From the NCBI GenBank assembly GCA_041583785.1, contig JBFHFE010000006.1:44409-108408 (forward strand): 64,000 nt of DNA. Reading direction: 5' to 3'. This DNA is from Draconibacterium sp. (GTDB taxonomy: Bacteria > Bacteroidota > Bacteroidia > Bacteroidales > Prolixibacteraceae). Each line of letters starts with the position of its first letter. Position 1 is the stretch's first letter. The notes under the pieces were generated by a model. That model was not told the origin of the DNA and did no database searches. It worked only from the letters and a program-made list of their open reading frames with translations. Positions 16,185-26,466 of the stretch are shown here, one piece after another. Position numbers and translations under genes: made by a program.

Positions 16185-16204
16185 GGCCGGACAAATTGCC
16201 CGGC
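16185..16204 (-). terminator. Rho-independent terminator of the PiT transporter gene
   Basis: ggccgg-acaaattg-ccggcc. On the minus strand it is followed by TTTTTTT. Confidence 0.7.
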
Positions 16205-16227
16205 CTTGAAATATCTTGTATTTAAGA

Positions 16228-18495
16228 TTATTTCGACTGTCGTGTAAAAGTTATAAAATCACGCTGAGATTTTACCAAATTAACAGTATGCAGCATCAAA
16301 TGCTCTACTTCTGAAATAATTTTGAAGAAAAGTTGCGAATTACGTGTATTCACCTCTTTGTTTTTAATTCGCTTAATTTGGTTTTTCATCAGTTTATGTA
16401 ATTCATCCAGAATTTTATCTCGCTGAGTAACCAAACTAGTTAGCTCATCAAAATGCTCTTCTTTCACCGTGTGCAACACATAATTGAAAAAGGCATCGAT
16501 TTGTGATACCAGGTCGTTTAATTCGGCAACCTGCCCGGGTGTAAATGGTTTATGATTATTCTCGACATGTACAATCATAGGCTCCATCAAAAAGTGAACG
16601 GCATGTGCCATTTCGCGCTTATGCTCGGTCATTTGCACATAATAATGCCCCGTTTCGAGCGTTCCATCGGTAAGCTTTGTTACGGTTGAATACACCTTGT
16701 CTTTATTACGTTTCGATTTTCTCGAAAACTCCATACAAGCTTCCTGTGCTTTTTTTAATCCGTTTCTGTCTTCTTTTAAGAAACTTTCGATACCCATTGT
16801 TATAATTTGATTGCTCGATACAATTGCTTTAACCATTTGTTTCGAACTTTTTCTCATTATCTCTTCAAAAGCATCTTCTTCTTTAATTTCTTCTTCTTCT
16901 ACAGCTGCTTCTTTACGTTTTTTAAGTATTGTATGGGTACGCAAAACCATAAACAAGGCTATTGCCACAAATACAAAAATCATAAACGTACCACTAATCG
17001 CAATAAGGAAGGCAATTATACCAGACACCGAAAACGCAATTAAAGCAGTTAAAAACCATCCGCCAATTACGGCAAACACACCCGAAATACGATATACGGC
17101 ACTTTCGCGGTCCCAAGCCCGATCGGACAATGAGGTTCCCATAGCCACCATAAAAGTTACGTAAGTAGTAGATAATGGCAATTTTAATGAAGTACCTATG
17201 GCAATTAGAATACTGGCAACAACCAAATTTACCGATGCACGCACTTTATCGAACGAAGGGGCATCTGTGTCGTCGCCGGCTACGTACGAAAATTTCTCGA
17301 ACCTCGAATGAATTCCGTTGGTAACACCAACAGGTAAAACATGCTCCAGCTTTTTATTAAAATTTGTTGCCCCTCGCACGATAACCCTGGCAGCTAACGA
17401 CGAACCAAAACGTTCTTCGCCTTCGTTTTGCCGGGATAAGTCGAGAGAGGTAGCAATTACCGATTTTGCCTTTTTCGACACGATGAGTGTAATAATCATT
17501 ATTAACCCGGCAATCAACAACATATAAGTTGGTGTTCCCACTTTTCCGGCAAGCATCGCCATTGAGAAACCATCGGGGTTTGTGGCACCCGCGGCAACCC
17601 AGGCCTGAAACGAGTTAAACCCTGCCAGAGGAACCCCAATAAAGTTTACAAGGTCATTCCCCGCGAAAGCCATCGCCAAAGCAAAGGTTCCGGCCAAAAC
17701 AACCACTTTTAGTATTTTTATATTGAATATCCATTTCAGCAGTTGAATAAACATAACCCAGAAGGCAAAACTGTACAATAACACCAGCCCTGAATTTGCA
17801 GAAAACCATGCTTGTAAGGTTTCTCCACTCGCGAGTTCGAAGTCGGCGAAAGAAGAACCTTTCATCCCTTTAATCAGGATAAAATAGGTAATAGCTGTTA
17901 TGGCCAGTCCGCCAAAAAGCGAACCGAAATATTTCATGGGTCCACGGTAATTAAAGGTAAACAACAAACGTGTAATATACTGAACAATAGCACCTACCGT
18001 AAACGCGATAAACACCGACATTAAAATTCCAGTAATAATTGCCAGAGCCTTACTCGAATTTATATATTGTGCCAATTCCATAGCAACAGATCCACCTGCT
18101 GATTTAATTTTAACGACCGAAACAGCCACTGCAGAGCCAAGCAATTCGAAAACGATTGAAACCGTTGTAGATGTTGGCATCCCAAAAGTATTGAACATAT
18201 CCAGCAGGATTACATCGGTAATCATAACCGCTAAAAATATGATCATAATCTCGGAGAAGTAAAACATCTCGGGATGAAAGATTCCCTTTCGGGCAACTTC
18301 CATCATTCCGTTCGAGAAAGTGGCACCAATTAGCACCCCCAAACTGGCCATTAAAAAGATTACCCATTTGGGAGCCGCTTTTGAGCCAATTGCTGAATTC
18401 AAGAAATTTACTGCATCGTTGCTAACACCTACAATTAAATCGGAAACTGCCAATGCAAACAGAACGACCACTAAAATCAAATAAAAATTTTCCAT
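16228..18495 (-). CDS. Inorganic phosphate transporter (PiT/PHO4 family) with a C-terminal PhoU-like helical domain
   Basis: 755 aa. The N-terminal ~520 aa are polytopic with GVSNDAVNFLNSAIGS and AGNDLVNFIGVPLAG (the duplicated PiT signature). The C-terminal ~230 aa are soluble, helical and charged. Confidence 0.8.
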   Translation of the reverse strand: MENFYLILVVVLFALAVSDLIVGVSNDAVNFLNSAIGSKAAPKWVIFLMASLGVLIGATFSNGMMEVARKGIFHPEMFYFSEIMIIFLAVMITDVILLDMFNTFGMPTSTTVSIVFELLGSAVAVSVVKIKSAGGSVAMELAQYINSSKALAIITGILMSVFIAFTVGAIVQYITRLLFTFNYRGPMKYFGSLFGGLAITAITYFILIKGMKGSSFADFELASGETLQAWFSANSGLVLLYSFAFWVMFIQLLKWIFNIKILKVVVLAGTFALAMAFAGNDLVNFIGVPLAGFNSFQAWVAAGATNPDGFSMAMLAGKVGTPTYMLLIAGLIMIITLIVSKKAKSVIATSLDLSRQNEGEERFGSSLAARVIVRGATNFNKKLEHVLPVGVTNGIHSRFEKFSYVAGDDTDAPSFDKVRASVNLVVASILIAIGTSLKLPLSTTYVTFMVAMGTSLSDRAWDRESAVYRISGVFAVIGGWFLTALIAFSVSGIIAFLIAISGTFMIFVFVAIALFMVLRTHTILKKRKEAAVEEEEIKEEDAFEEIMRKSSKQMVKAIVSSNQIITMGIESFLKEDRNGLKKAQEACMEFSRKSKRNKDKVYSTVTKLTDGTLETGHYYVQMTEHKREMAHAVHFLMEPMIVHVENNHKPFTPGQVAELNDLVSQIDAFFNYVLHTVKEEHFDELTSLVTQRDKILDELHKLMKNQIKRIKNKEVNTRNSQLFFKIISEVEHLMLHTVNLVKSQRDFITFTRQSK

Positions 18496-18519
18496 TTTTT
18501 AGTATTTTATGACGGGCGA

Positions 18520-18540
18520 CAAATATAAGCGATGTTACAA
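18520..18540 (-). promoter_or_regulatory. Promoter of the PiT gene (-7 box TATATTTG)
   Basis: caaatata at 18520-18527 is the reverse complement of TATATTTG. The adjacent ATAAGCGATGTTA block is shared with the promoter at 1183-1197. There is only one TTGTAAC half-site and no phased array. Confidence 0.5.
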
Positions 18541-18685
18541 GTTTAATTGTTTTGTAATATTACTAAAACATTAACTAACCATCAAATTACTATTAATCAA
18601 TAAGCAGCACAATTTTTATACTTTTGTTATTATTTCTTTTGACGAAAATTCATCTCTTTATCGATTAATAAATATAGTTTAAAAT

Positions 18686-19726
18686 ATGAAAACATACTCA
18701 TCAAAGTTTCTTGCTATAGTTGTTTCAACCACACTAACCATTTTAGCCCTTGCAATTACCTTAATTGCACACCACTTCGGGCAAAACTTCTTTGCAATAG
18801 CTATTTCAACGCTGTTATTTTTTGTGGCAGCATATTACTCCATCCTTTTTGTTATTCAAAAATATATTATTGACAAGATAAAACCTATTTATAATACCAT
18901 TCGCGACCTGCCTCTGAGTGGAAAAAAAATGGAAGAGAAGCAACTTCCCTCCAACAGTTTACTGCTTAACGTAAAGTTTGAAGTGGAAGAATGGGCAAAA
19001 ACTCAATTAAAAGAGATTGAACGATTAAAAGAACTGGAAAAATACCGCAAGGACTTTGTAGGAAATGTTTCTCACGAACTGAAAACCCCAATATTCAACA
19101 TTCAGGGATATGTATTAACCCTTCTCGAAGGAGGACTCGATGATCCTAAAATAAATACGCTTTACCTGAAACGAACCGAAAAAAGTATCGACCGAATGAT
19201 TTCAATTGTTGAGGATCTTGAATCTATTACAAAATTGGAATCGGGAGAATTAAAGCTTAACATGGATAAATTCGATATCGTTAAAACGGTTGAGGAAGTA
19301 ATTGAAATGGAACATTGGCAAGCTTCCGAGAATAAAATAAAGGTTCAGATTATTAATAAACCCGAGAAACCAATATTAATAAGGGCCGACAAGAAAAGAA
19401 TACTGGAAGTGCTTACTAATTTAATAGTAAATGCAATTAAATATGGGAAAAAGAAAGGCTACGTAAATATTGTGTTTCACGATATGGACGACAATATAAT
19501 TGTTGAAATTGCGGATAATGGCATTGGAATAGAGAAAAAAGACCTGCCGCGCATTTTCGAACGCTTCTTTAGGGTCGACAAGTCACGCTCGCGCGAACAA
19601 GGCGGCACAGGACTAGGCTTATCGATTGTTAAACATATTATAGAAGCTCACAACCAATCGATTAACGTACGAAGTGTAATCGACCAGGGAACCACATTTA
19701 ATTTTACACTTGAAAAAGCGAAATAA
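18686..19726 (+). CDS. Sensor histidine kinase (PhoR-like)
   Basis: 346 aa with two N-terminal TM segments, H-box FVGNVSHELKTPIFNIQGY, N/G boxes and GGTGLGLSIVKHI. Confidence 0.8.
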   Translation: MKTYSSKFLAIVVSTTLTILALAITLIAHHFGQNFFAIAISTLLFFVAAYYSILFVIQKYIIDKIKPIYNTIRDLPLSGKKMEEKQLPSNSLLLNVKFEVEEWAKTQLKEIERLKELEKYRKDFVGNVSHELKTPIFNIQGYVLTLLEGGLDDPKINTLYLKRTEKSIDRMISIVEDLESITKLESGELKLNMDKFDIVKTVEEVIEMEHWQASENKIKVQIINKPEKPILIRADKKRILEVLTNLIVNAIKYGKKKGYVNIVFHDMDDNIIVEIADNGIGIEKKDLPRIFERFFRVDKSRSREQGGTGLGLSIVKHIIEAHNQSINVRSVIDQGTTFNFTLEKAK

Positions 19727-19817
19727 TCGGCTAACTTTGTGTTTATAATAAGTTTAAAGAAGAGTTAATTGTTCTTTAATAATTAGCACCTAACTTTAGC
19801 ACAATATTATTAGTATC

Positions 19818-20519
19818 ATGAACGAAAATGAATTTAAAGTTTTATTGGTTGACGATGAGTTGGATATCTTAGAATTCCTGAGTTACAACCTACAAAAAGC
19901 TGGTTACATAGTATATACTGCCAAAAATGGCCTTGAAGCTCTAAAATTGGCAGAAAAACATACTCCTCACCTTATTATACTTGATGTAATGATGCCTGAA
20001 ATGGATGGCATTGCAGCTTGTGAAGAACTTCGGAAAATGCCATCGTTAAGTACTACTGTTATCGCATTTTTAACTGCCCGTGGCGAAGACTATTCGCAAA
20101 TTGCCGGGTTTGAAGCTGGTGCTGACGATTACATTACCAAACCGGTTCGCCCAAAAGTATTGGTTAGCCGTGTTAAAGCCCTTTTAAAAAGGACAGGAGA
20201 AGCTACTCAGCCTGTTGCTGAAGTTGTCGACACCAATACCGTTGTAATCGGAAATCTCGTAATTGATAAAGAAAGATACCTCATCCGAATGGGTGAAATT
20301 GAAATGATCCTTCCTCGAAAAGAATTCGAGCTGCTTTCGTTACTGGTATCGAAACCGGGAAAAGTTTTTACCCGCGAAGAAATTTACTCATCGGTTTGGG
20401 GAGAGAATGTTGTTGTTGGCGACCGGACAATTGATGTACACATCCGTAAACTGCGCGAAAAAATTGGCAACGAACACATTAAAACCTTAAAAGGTATTGG
20501 GTATAAATTTGTGGAATAG
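19818..20519 (+). CDS. OmpR/PhoB-family response regulator
   Basis: REC domain (VLLVDDELD, LDVMMPEMDG) plus a winged-helix domain (LPRKEFELLSLL...GIGYKF). Confidence 0.85.
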   Translation: MNENEFKVLLVDDELDILEFLSYNLQKAGYIVYTAKNGLEALKLAEKHTPHLIILDVMMPEMDGIAACEELRKMPSLSTTVIAFLTARGEDYSQIAGFEAGADDYITKPVRPKVLVSRVKALLKRTGEATQPVAEVVDTNTVVIGNLVIDKERYLIRMGEIEMILPRKEFELLSLLVSKPGKVFTREEIYSSVWGENVVVGDRTIDVHIRKLREKIGNEHIKTLKGIGYKFVE

Positions 20520-20524
20520 CTATT

Positions 20525-21130
20525 TCATCTAAAATAGATAACAAGATACAAAACAGCAAAGCCCAAAACATAACCGGCAATTACTTGCTTTAAATTGTGT
20601 TTGCCTAACGACAAACGGGCAGTGCCCACCAAGCCTGAAAGCAAAATAACAATTAACAGGGGGTAAACCGGGTTTATTCCGTTACGAAATGACATGCCGA
20701 ATAATGCTCCGGCCAAACCGCCTATGGCCGCCATATGGTTGCTAATTTTCCATTTAAACGAAATTATAAGAAGGCCAATAATTACCAGTACCGATGCCAA
20801 CATAAATATTCTAAACTCGGGAACAGCTCTTACTTTGTCAAGCAGCATAAATCCCAAGTAATAAAAAACAGCGCTCGACAGTAAAGGGAGTATTCGGTCT
20901 TTACTTTGGGGCATAGAAGCGTCGAATTTCTTATTTAATGCCATTACTGCCACCGCCAGCAAGGGCAAAATACAGGTACTAAAAAACACAACCAGCAAAA
21001 CAAAACGTTTGGCTTCTGGCGTTAAGAGCGAAAAATAAAATCCAGAATTCAGCAACAGTAAAAATCCAAGTGTTGGTATTAGCACCGGATGAAGAACGAC
21101 AGATATAAATCTGGCTATTTTATCCAACAT
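20525..21130 (-). CDS. PAP2-superfamily-like integral membrane protein
   Basis: 201 aa with ~6 TM segments. Weak PAP2 C2/C3-like motifs (SNHMAA; RLSLGKHNLKQVIAG). Confidence 0.5.
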   Translation of the reverse strand: MLDKIARFISVVLHPVLIPTLGFLLLLNSGFYFSLLTPEAKRFVLLVVFFSTCILPLLAVAVMALNKKFDASMPQSKDRILPLLSSAVFYYLGFMLLDKVRAVPEFRIFMLASVLVIIGLLIISFKWKISNHMAAIGGLAGALFGMSFRNGINPVYPLLIVILLSGLVGTARLSLGKHNLKQVIAGYVLGFAVLYLVIYFR

Positions 21131-21131
21131 A

Positions 21132-22583
21132 TTATAGTTCCTTTCGTAAACGTGCGACCGGAATATCTAATTGCTCGCGGTATTTGGCCACAGTTCGCCG
21201 GGCAATATTATATGATTTTTCTTTTAATATCAGCGCCAATTTCTCGTCGGTAAGCGGCTTGCGCTTATCCTCATTTTCAATACATTCCTGCAAAATCATT
21301 TTAATTTCGCGAGTAGAAACTTCTTCGCCATCATCTTTTTGCATACCCTCGGAAAAGAAATACTTTAACGGATATATACCAAAATGAGTTTGAATGTATT
21401 TGCTGTTCGAAACCCTCGAAATGGTTGAAATATCGAGGTTGGTTCGCTCTGCAATATCTTTCAGAATCATTGGCTTCAATTTGGTTTCATCACCTTCCTG
21501 AAAATACTCTTTCTGAAAACTAATAATTTCCGACATCGTAAGCAGCAGTGTTGTTTGCCGCTGCTGGATAGCATCGATAAACCACTTGGCAGAATCCATC
21601 TTCTGTTTTACAAAAAGCATGGCCTCCTTATCGTTTTTCTTGCTTTTTTGGCTATGGCTAAGGTTGCGCAACATGTCCTGATAAGAGTCGTTAATGATAA
21701 GGTTTGGCACATTCCGTTGGTTCAACGTAAGATTTAACTCACCATCCAAATTATCGAGAATAAAATCGGGAACAATATGCTGGTTAGACTTATTTAAGGG
21801 GTTGCTATACGAACTGCCGGGCTTCGGGTTCATTTTCAAAACCTCGTCTATTCCTTTCTTGAGTTCTTCTTCCGAAATCTCAAGTTTAGTCCTTATTTTA
21901 TCGTAATGCTTTTTAGTGAATTCCGTAAAAAAATCGCGTACAATAATTTTTGCGAGCTCAAACTCTTCACCTTCTTTTCTCGACAATTGCAAAATCAGGC
22001 TTTCCCGGAGGTCGCGTGCTCCAACTCCCGGAGGATCAAAATCCTGTATGGCCATTAAAACAGCCTCCAGCTTTTCCTCGGGAACATCCATGTTCATGTT
22101 AAAGGCCAAATCATCGCTGATGGCCATCATATCGCGGCGCAGGTATCCATCATCGTCGATGTTACCAATAATATACTCCGCCAGTTGATGCTCTTCTTCC
22201 GAAAGGCTAAGCAGACCTAACTGTTCGTATAGAAATTCGTGAAAGGTTGTGCCTACCGAGAATGGAATATCCAGATACTTATCGTCCTTCGAAAAATTAT
22301 TGGTGTTTAATTTATACGTTGGAATTTCCTCGTCCTCGTAATAATCATCAAGCGAAAATTCCTCATTGTCAACATCCTTAACCACCTCTTCATCCTGGCT
22401 GCCCGTTTCGTCGACTTGCAGCGGATTATCGGATTCCAACTCAAGAACCGGATTTTCTTCCAGCTCTTTTTTTATCCTCTGTTCGAGTTGCATAGTTGGG
22501 ATTTCCAAAAGCTTAATCACCTGTATTTGTTGAGGCGACAGCTTTTGAAGCAGCTTCTGTTGTAATGTTAGTTTTTGCTCCAT
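21132..22583 (-). CDS. rpoN: RNA polymerase sigma-54 factor
   Basis: 483 aa with a Gln/Leu-rich N-terminus and an acidic region. C-terminal RpoN box ARRTVAKYREQL. Confidence 0.95.
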   Translation of the reverse strand: MEQKLTLQQKLLQKLSPQQIQVIKLLEIPTMQLEQRIKKELEENPVLELESDNPLQVDETGSQDEEVVKDVDNEEFSLDDYYEDEEIPTYKLNTNNFSKDDKYLDIPFSVGTTFHEFLYEQLGLLSLSEEEHQLAEYIIGNIDDDGYLRRDMMAISDDLAFNMNMDVPEEKLEAVLMAIQDFDPPGVGARDLRESLILQLSRKEGEEFELAKIIVRDFFTEFTKKHYDKIRTKLEISEEELKKGIDEVLKMNPKPGSSYSNPLNKSNQHIVPDFILDNLDGELNLTLNQRNVPNLIINDSYQDMLRNLSHSQKSKKNDKEAMLFVKQKMDSAKWFIDAIQQRQTTLLLTMSEIISFQKEYFQEGDETKLKPMILKDIAERTNLDISTISRVSNSKYIQTHFGIYPLKYFFSEGMQKDDGEEVSTREIKMILQECIENEDKRKPLTDEKLALILKEKSYNIARRTVAKYREQLDIPVARLRKEL

Positions 22584-22645
22584 ATCCCAAATGTTAATCT
22601 CCGTAAATTTACTATTTTTTTCGGAGCACTCTTCCTTAACTTATT

Positions 22646-24082
22646 TTAGAATTCTGCATTCTTCGGAGTACGTGGAAAAGCGATAACGTCGCGAATGTTG
22701 CCCATTCCGGTTACAAAAAGGATAAAACGCTCAAAACCAAGGCCAAAACCACTGTGCTCTACCGAACCAAAACGACGGGTATCGAGATACCACCACATTT
22801 CTTCAGCAGGAATATTCATCTCTGCCATGCGGGTTTCCAGTTTTTCAAGGTCTTCTTCACGCTGCGAACCGCCAATAATTTCGCCAATTCCTGGAAACAA
22901 AACGTCCATAGCTCCTACGGTTTTGCCGTCGTCGTTTTGTTTCATGTAGAACGCCTTAATATCTTTGGGATAATCCGTTAAGATAACCGGACATTTAAAA
23001 TGTTTCTCCACTAAGTAACGTTCATGTTCGCTTTGTAAATCAACGCCCCAGTCAACCGGGAACTGGAATTTCTTTTTCTTGTAAGGTTTCGAATTTTTCA
23101 GAATATCGATAGCCTCGGTATAGGTAATTCTTATAAAATCATTTTTCAGCACAAACTCCAGCTTTTCAATTAAATCCATCGAACGCTGGTCTTCGGCTTT
23201 CCCTTTCTCTTCCTGTTTTAAACGTTCAGCCAAAAATTTCAGGTCATCCATGCAGTTATCCAAAGCATACTTTATACACGATTTCAGAAAATCTTCGGCC
23301 AAATCCATGTTGTCCTTCAAATTGTAAAAAGCCATTTCCGGTTCAATCATCCAGAATTCGGCAAGGTGACGTGTTGTATTCGAATTTTCGGCCCTAAACG
23401 TTGGCCCAAAAGTATAAATTTCACCCAAAGCCAAAGCTCCTAACTCGCCTTCCAGCTGACCGGAGACTGTAAGGTTGGTTGCCCGTCCGAAGAAATCCTG
23501 CGAGTAATCAATTTGGCCATCTTCGGTTAATGGCGGATTTTTCGGATCTAAGGTCGAAACGTGAAACATTTGTCCGGCTCCTTCTGCATCGCTGGCTGTA
23601 ACAATTGGCGTGTGCAGGTAATTAAATCCTTTCTCATTAAAATATTTATGAATGGCAAAAGCCATAGCGTGGCGAACACGGAAAATGGCACCAAACAAAT
23701 TAGTACGAAAACGCAGGTGCGCATTTTCGCGCAAAAACTCCAGCGAGTGTCGTTTGGGCTGAATCGGGAATTTTTCGGGGTCGGCGCCACCCAGCAACAC
23801 AAGTTCTTTAGCCGTAAGCTCAATATTTTGTCCGCTACCAGCTGATTCGGCCAGTTCCCCTTTTACCGAAATCGCAGCTCCGGTATTTATTTCGCGCATC
23901 ATTGCTTCGTCGAAGCTTTCAACATCAACAACTACCTGAAGATTATTAATGGTTGAACCGTCGTTAAGTGCAATGAAATTCACATTTTTACTTCCTCGTT
24001 TTGTTCTTACCCAACCTTTGGCAACTACCTCGCTACCAGCCTTTCCTTTCTCAAGGATGTCTTTAATTTTCAAACGTGTCAT
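22646..24082 (-). CDS. asnS: Asparagine--tRNA ligase
   Basis: Class II aaRS motifs ([21 protein letters not shown]; [25 protein letters not shown]). Start set at [10 protein letters not shown]; the 30-codon upstream extension in the track ORF is unlikely. Confidence 0.9.
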   Translation of the reverse strand: MTRLKIKDILEKGKAGSEVVAKGWVRTKRGSKNVNFIALNDGSTINNLQVVVDVESFDEAMMREINTGAAISVKGELAESAGSGQNIELTAKELVLLGGADPEKFPIQPKRHSLEFLRENAHLRFRTNLFGAIFRVRHAMAFAIHKYFNEKGFNYLHTPIVTASDAEGAGQMFHVSTLDPKNPPLTEDGQIDYSQDFFGRATNLTVSGQLEGELGALALGEIYTFGPTFRAENSNTTRHLAEFWMIEPEMAFYNLKDNMDLAEDFLKSCIKYALDNCMDDLKFLAERLKQEEKGKAEDQRSMDLIEKLEFVLKNDFIRITYTEAIDILKNSKPYKKKKFQFPVDWGVDLQSEHERYLVEKHFKCPVILTDYPKDIKAFYMKQNDDGKTVGAMDVLFPGIGEIIGGSQREEDLEKLETRMAEMNIPAEEMWWYLDTRRFGSVEHSGFGLGFERFILFVTGMGNIRDVIAFPRTPKNAEF

Positions 24083-24245
24083 GATGTTCAATTTAATATC
24101 TAAACTATAATTCAGCCTGTAGCTGTTAAATCTTTCAAAATTTGAGGATACAAATTTAAATTTTCTAAGCAATTAATGGGTAGTTAACTTCAAATTCGAA
24201 GTTTTTTTAATAAAAACGTGAAAAAAATGGGGCTACAACAAAAAA

Positions 24246-24268
24246 AGCTGTCCGGAAACCAGACAGCT
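24246..24268 (-). terminator. Terminator of the ECF sigma operon
   Basis: agctgtc-cggaaacca-gacagct. Followed on the minus strand by TTTTTTT. Confidence 0.65.
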
Positions 24269-24294
24269 GTACAAAAAGTTATTTTTAATTTCGA

Positions 24295-25179
24295 TTAGCT
24301 TTTCCCATTGGCATTAGCATCCATGCCCGAGCCCGAACTTTCATTTTTGTTTACGTTACCTGTTCCGCCGGAGTTCGTATTTCCATTTTGGGTGCCGTTT
24401 ACCGAAGTGCTTTGCGTTTCATCGCAATCTGTACCCGGTGTAGCACTGTCTCCTTTATTTGCATTTGTATTGCCCTGCCCATTACCATTGGATTTACCTT
24501 TGTTTCCATTACCATTGGTATTTGCTGCAGCTAAAATGGCCTCGTATTCCTCTACTGAAATATACTGAGGCGAATAAATAATGCCCAGATTTTCCAAGGC
24601 CCCGACAAAAGCCCGCATATGGTTTTCAGAACCCTTTAAAAGATTAGTATAAACACGTACTACATCTTCGTTAACCGTTTCTTCCAACAATTCATTTAAA
24701 TCGTTTATGTCAAGATCCTCGATAGTAGCGCCAACCTTTAAGGCGGCGGTTAAACTATCGCTTCCCTGTTCAATTAAAGAAGCATACAAGTTGTTAAAAG
24801 CGTCGGTACTAAATTCGCCAACACCTTCCAGGGCCGGGTCGTCAATTCCATATCCTTCAAGAATTCTTAAAACTGCATTTCCATGTGCCGCTTCACTTTC
24901 TGCAATGTTCCCAAATACGGCCAGGTTATACAGCCCATCAAAATACACATAAACATCGTGCGCCAGTTTTTCTTCTTCACGCATTAGAAGCAGGCCATCA
25001 ATTTCACTCTGCGTTAATTCTCCATCGTAAGTACACGAGTCTCCAGGTTCTAAAGCTAGCATCGCGCTTTTTTCTGCTATTGTTAACGATTCGTCAATAC
25101 TCTCTGTTTCTGCACAGGCTGCCAATAAAAAAGCCAAACCTGCTACTGCTAAAATTGCTGTTAATTTTACTGTTTTCAT
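24295..25179 (-). CDS. DUF2202 (ferritin-like) lipoprotein with an Asn/Gly-rich C-terminal tail
   Basis: Lipobox LLAAC. Contains EEEKLAHDVY...AESEAAHGNAV...GSENHMRAF. The last ~75 aa are N/G/T/S low complexity. Confidence 0.7.
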   Translation of the reverse strand: MKTVKLTAILAVAGLAFLLAACAETESIDESLTIAEKSAMLALEPGDSCTYDGELTQSEIDGLLLMREEEKLAHDVYVYFDGLYNLAVFGNIAESEAAHGNAVLRILEGYGIDDPALEGVGEFSTDAFNNLYASLIEQGSDSLTAALKVGATIEDLDINDLNELLEETVNEDVVRVYTNLLKGSENHMRAFVGALENLGIIYSPQYISVEEYEAILAAANTNGNGNKGKSNGNGQGNTNANKGDSATPGTDCDETQSTSVNGTQNGNTNSGGTGNVNKNESSGSGMDANANGKS

Positions 25180-25211
25180 GTTTTCAAAATTTTATAGTTT
25201 CTGATTAAAAT

Positions 25212-25910
25212 CTATTCAATTACCTCAAAGCCTTCGTCGTCAATATTGCGGCTTCCGTGCGCGGTACAACTATCCTGCAAATGAGCACCCCTGCCCCATA
25301 CAGCATTCTGATTGCCATATCCTCTTCCGTAGTTCGCATTGGATGCCCGGAAATGATTTCTGCCATTACCATTATTCCCTTTGCCATTTGCACAGTTAAA
25401 GTAACGCTGATAATTTCCAGCCCTTCCCCTAAAATTCACATTCGAAACACAGACATCTCCACGCTCAAAACGCTGACTCCCATTTCCTTGCCCCTTCAGA
25501 TTACGAGCTCTCTGCCCGTTCACAAATGGCCGCTCGCCCCCATAATTGTGGTATGCATGTAAAAGATCGTATTGTTTTTGCTGCTCTGCAGTCAATATTT
25601 CCTTTACCTTACTGCGGTGTGCTTCCACTTTTTTCAGCATCTCGGTACGTATTTCACTTTTTTCAATCGCATTGGTAGTTGATTGCCGTTTAGTGCGCAA
25701 TGCAGCCATCTCTTCATGATGCTTGTTTTCCATCTCCTGAATCTGAATCTGCTGCTTTTCAGTTAAATCTGAAATAGTTGACAAACAGTCTTTATTTTGG
25801 CTCTGATAATACCTGTTTTCATTTCCCCGTCCTTGTGCAAGAACGCTTGTTGTCATTAACACCAGGGCAAAGAACACCCAGGCAATGTTTATTAACTTGC
25901 TAGTTTTCAT
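25212..25910 (-). CDS. Spy/CpxP-like periplasmic protein (LTxxQ motifs) with a Gly/Asn/Arg-rich tail
   Basis: Signal peptide present. LTEKQQIQIQEM and LTAEQQKQYDLL motifs. C-terminal 100 aa are G/N/R-rich with four Cys. Confidence 0.6.
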   Translation of the reverse strand: MKTSKLINIAWVFFALVLMTTSVLAQGRGNENRYYQSQNKDCLSTISDLTEKQQIQIQEMENKHHEEMAALRTKRQSTTNAIEKSEIRTEMLKKVEAHRSKVKEILTAEQQKQYDLLHAYHNYGGERPFVNGQRARNLKGQGNGSQRFERGDVCVSNVNFRGRAGNYQRYFNCANGKGNNGNGRNHFRASNANYGRGYGNQNAVWGRGAHLQDSCTAHGSRNIDDEGFEVIE

Positions 25911-25933
25911 GATTTTAAAAATTTAATTGTTAT

Positions 25934-26464
25934 TTACTCCACTTGTCGCCCTCTGCCGTTTTTTCCTCGCTTTGGCAGCGGAACATCTTCTTTTGATTTC
26001 GACATTGACATAAAAATCTGATTCAGCTTTTCCTGCTGATCGGTATCGCAAACCTCTTTCATATCGAGGCAATATTGAATGGTGATTTTTTTCAGTTCAG
26101 TATGAAGCCTACCGATGTCATCGGTAATCGAATTGAGTTTCTCCTCACTTGGACTAGATGTTCCCATTTCGTTTATCATATTAACCCGCAACTCCTCCAA
26201 ATTGTATGAAATCCGGCGTGCACTCCGGTTATAATCGCGGTTTAAATCCCTGAAAATGTCCATTTGATCCTGCCGTAGGTTTAACTGCTCCCTAAAAAAA
26301 CGGGTGCGTTGCTCCGAGGGCATTTCTATTTGTTGATCTTGTTTCTCAACAGCCTTTTTATCTTGTTGCTTATGGTACCAAAACGAAATGCCCATTGACA
26401 AGTTGGTTGCCGCTAAAATAACAATCACCCAAATGAATATGCGATATGTATTTTTAGTTAACAT
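25934..26464 (-). CDS. Membrane-anchored Spy/CpxP-like (periplasmic heavy-metal-sensor family) protein
   Basis: 176 aa with an N-terminal TM segment and a helical LNLRQDQMDIFRDLNRDY region. Its position after the anti-sigma gene is typical. Confidence 0.55.
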   Translation of the reverse strand: MLTKNTYRIFIWVIVILAATNLSMGISFWYHKQQDKKAVEKQDQQIEMPSEQRTRFFREQLNLRQDQMDIFRDLNRDYNRSARRISYNLEELRVNMINEMGTSSPSEEKLNSITDDIGRLHTELKKITIQYCLDMKEVCDTDQQEKLNQIFMSMSKSKEDVPLPKRGKNGRGRQVE

Positions 26465-26466
26465 AT

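Noticed and set aside
18534-18565. Pho box at the PiT transporter promoter
   Set aside because: There is only one TTGTAAC heptamer, sitting 6 nt rather than 10 nt from the -7 box. Neighbouring TGTAA-like sites are out of the 11-bp phase or inverted, so it does not meet the pattern seen at the other three promoters.
24083-24172. N-terminal extensions of track ORFs (asnS 24083-24172; also 1701-1754, 11504-11536, 33647-33691, 33715-33741, 35877-35930, 42991-43017, 58914-58949)
   Set aside because: Downstream in-frame ATGs give canonical N-termini or signal peptides ([61 protein letters not shown]). The extensions overlap neighbouring genes or promoters.
24308-24560. DNA-level tandem repeat or CRISPR-like periodicity in the Asn/Gly-coding tails (also 25260-25560)
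   Set aside because: This is codon-level low complexity (AAT/GGN runs) within open reading frames. It has no regular repeat-spacer structure. No CRISPR array is present anywhere in the window.
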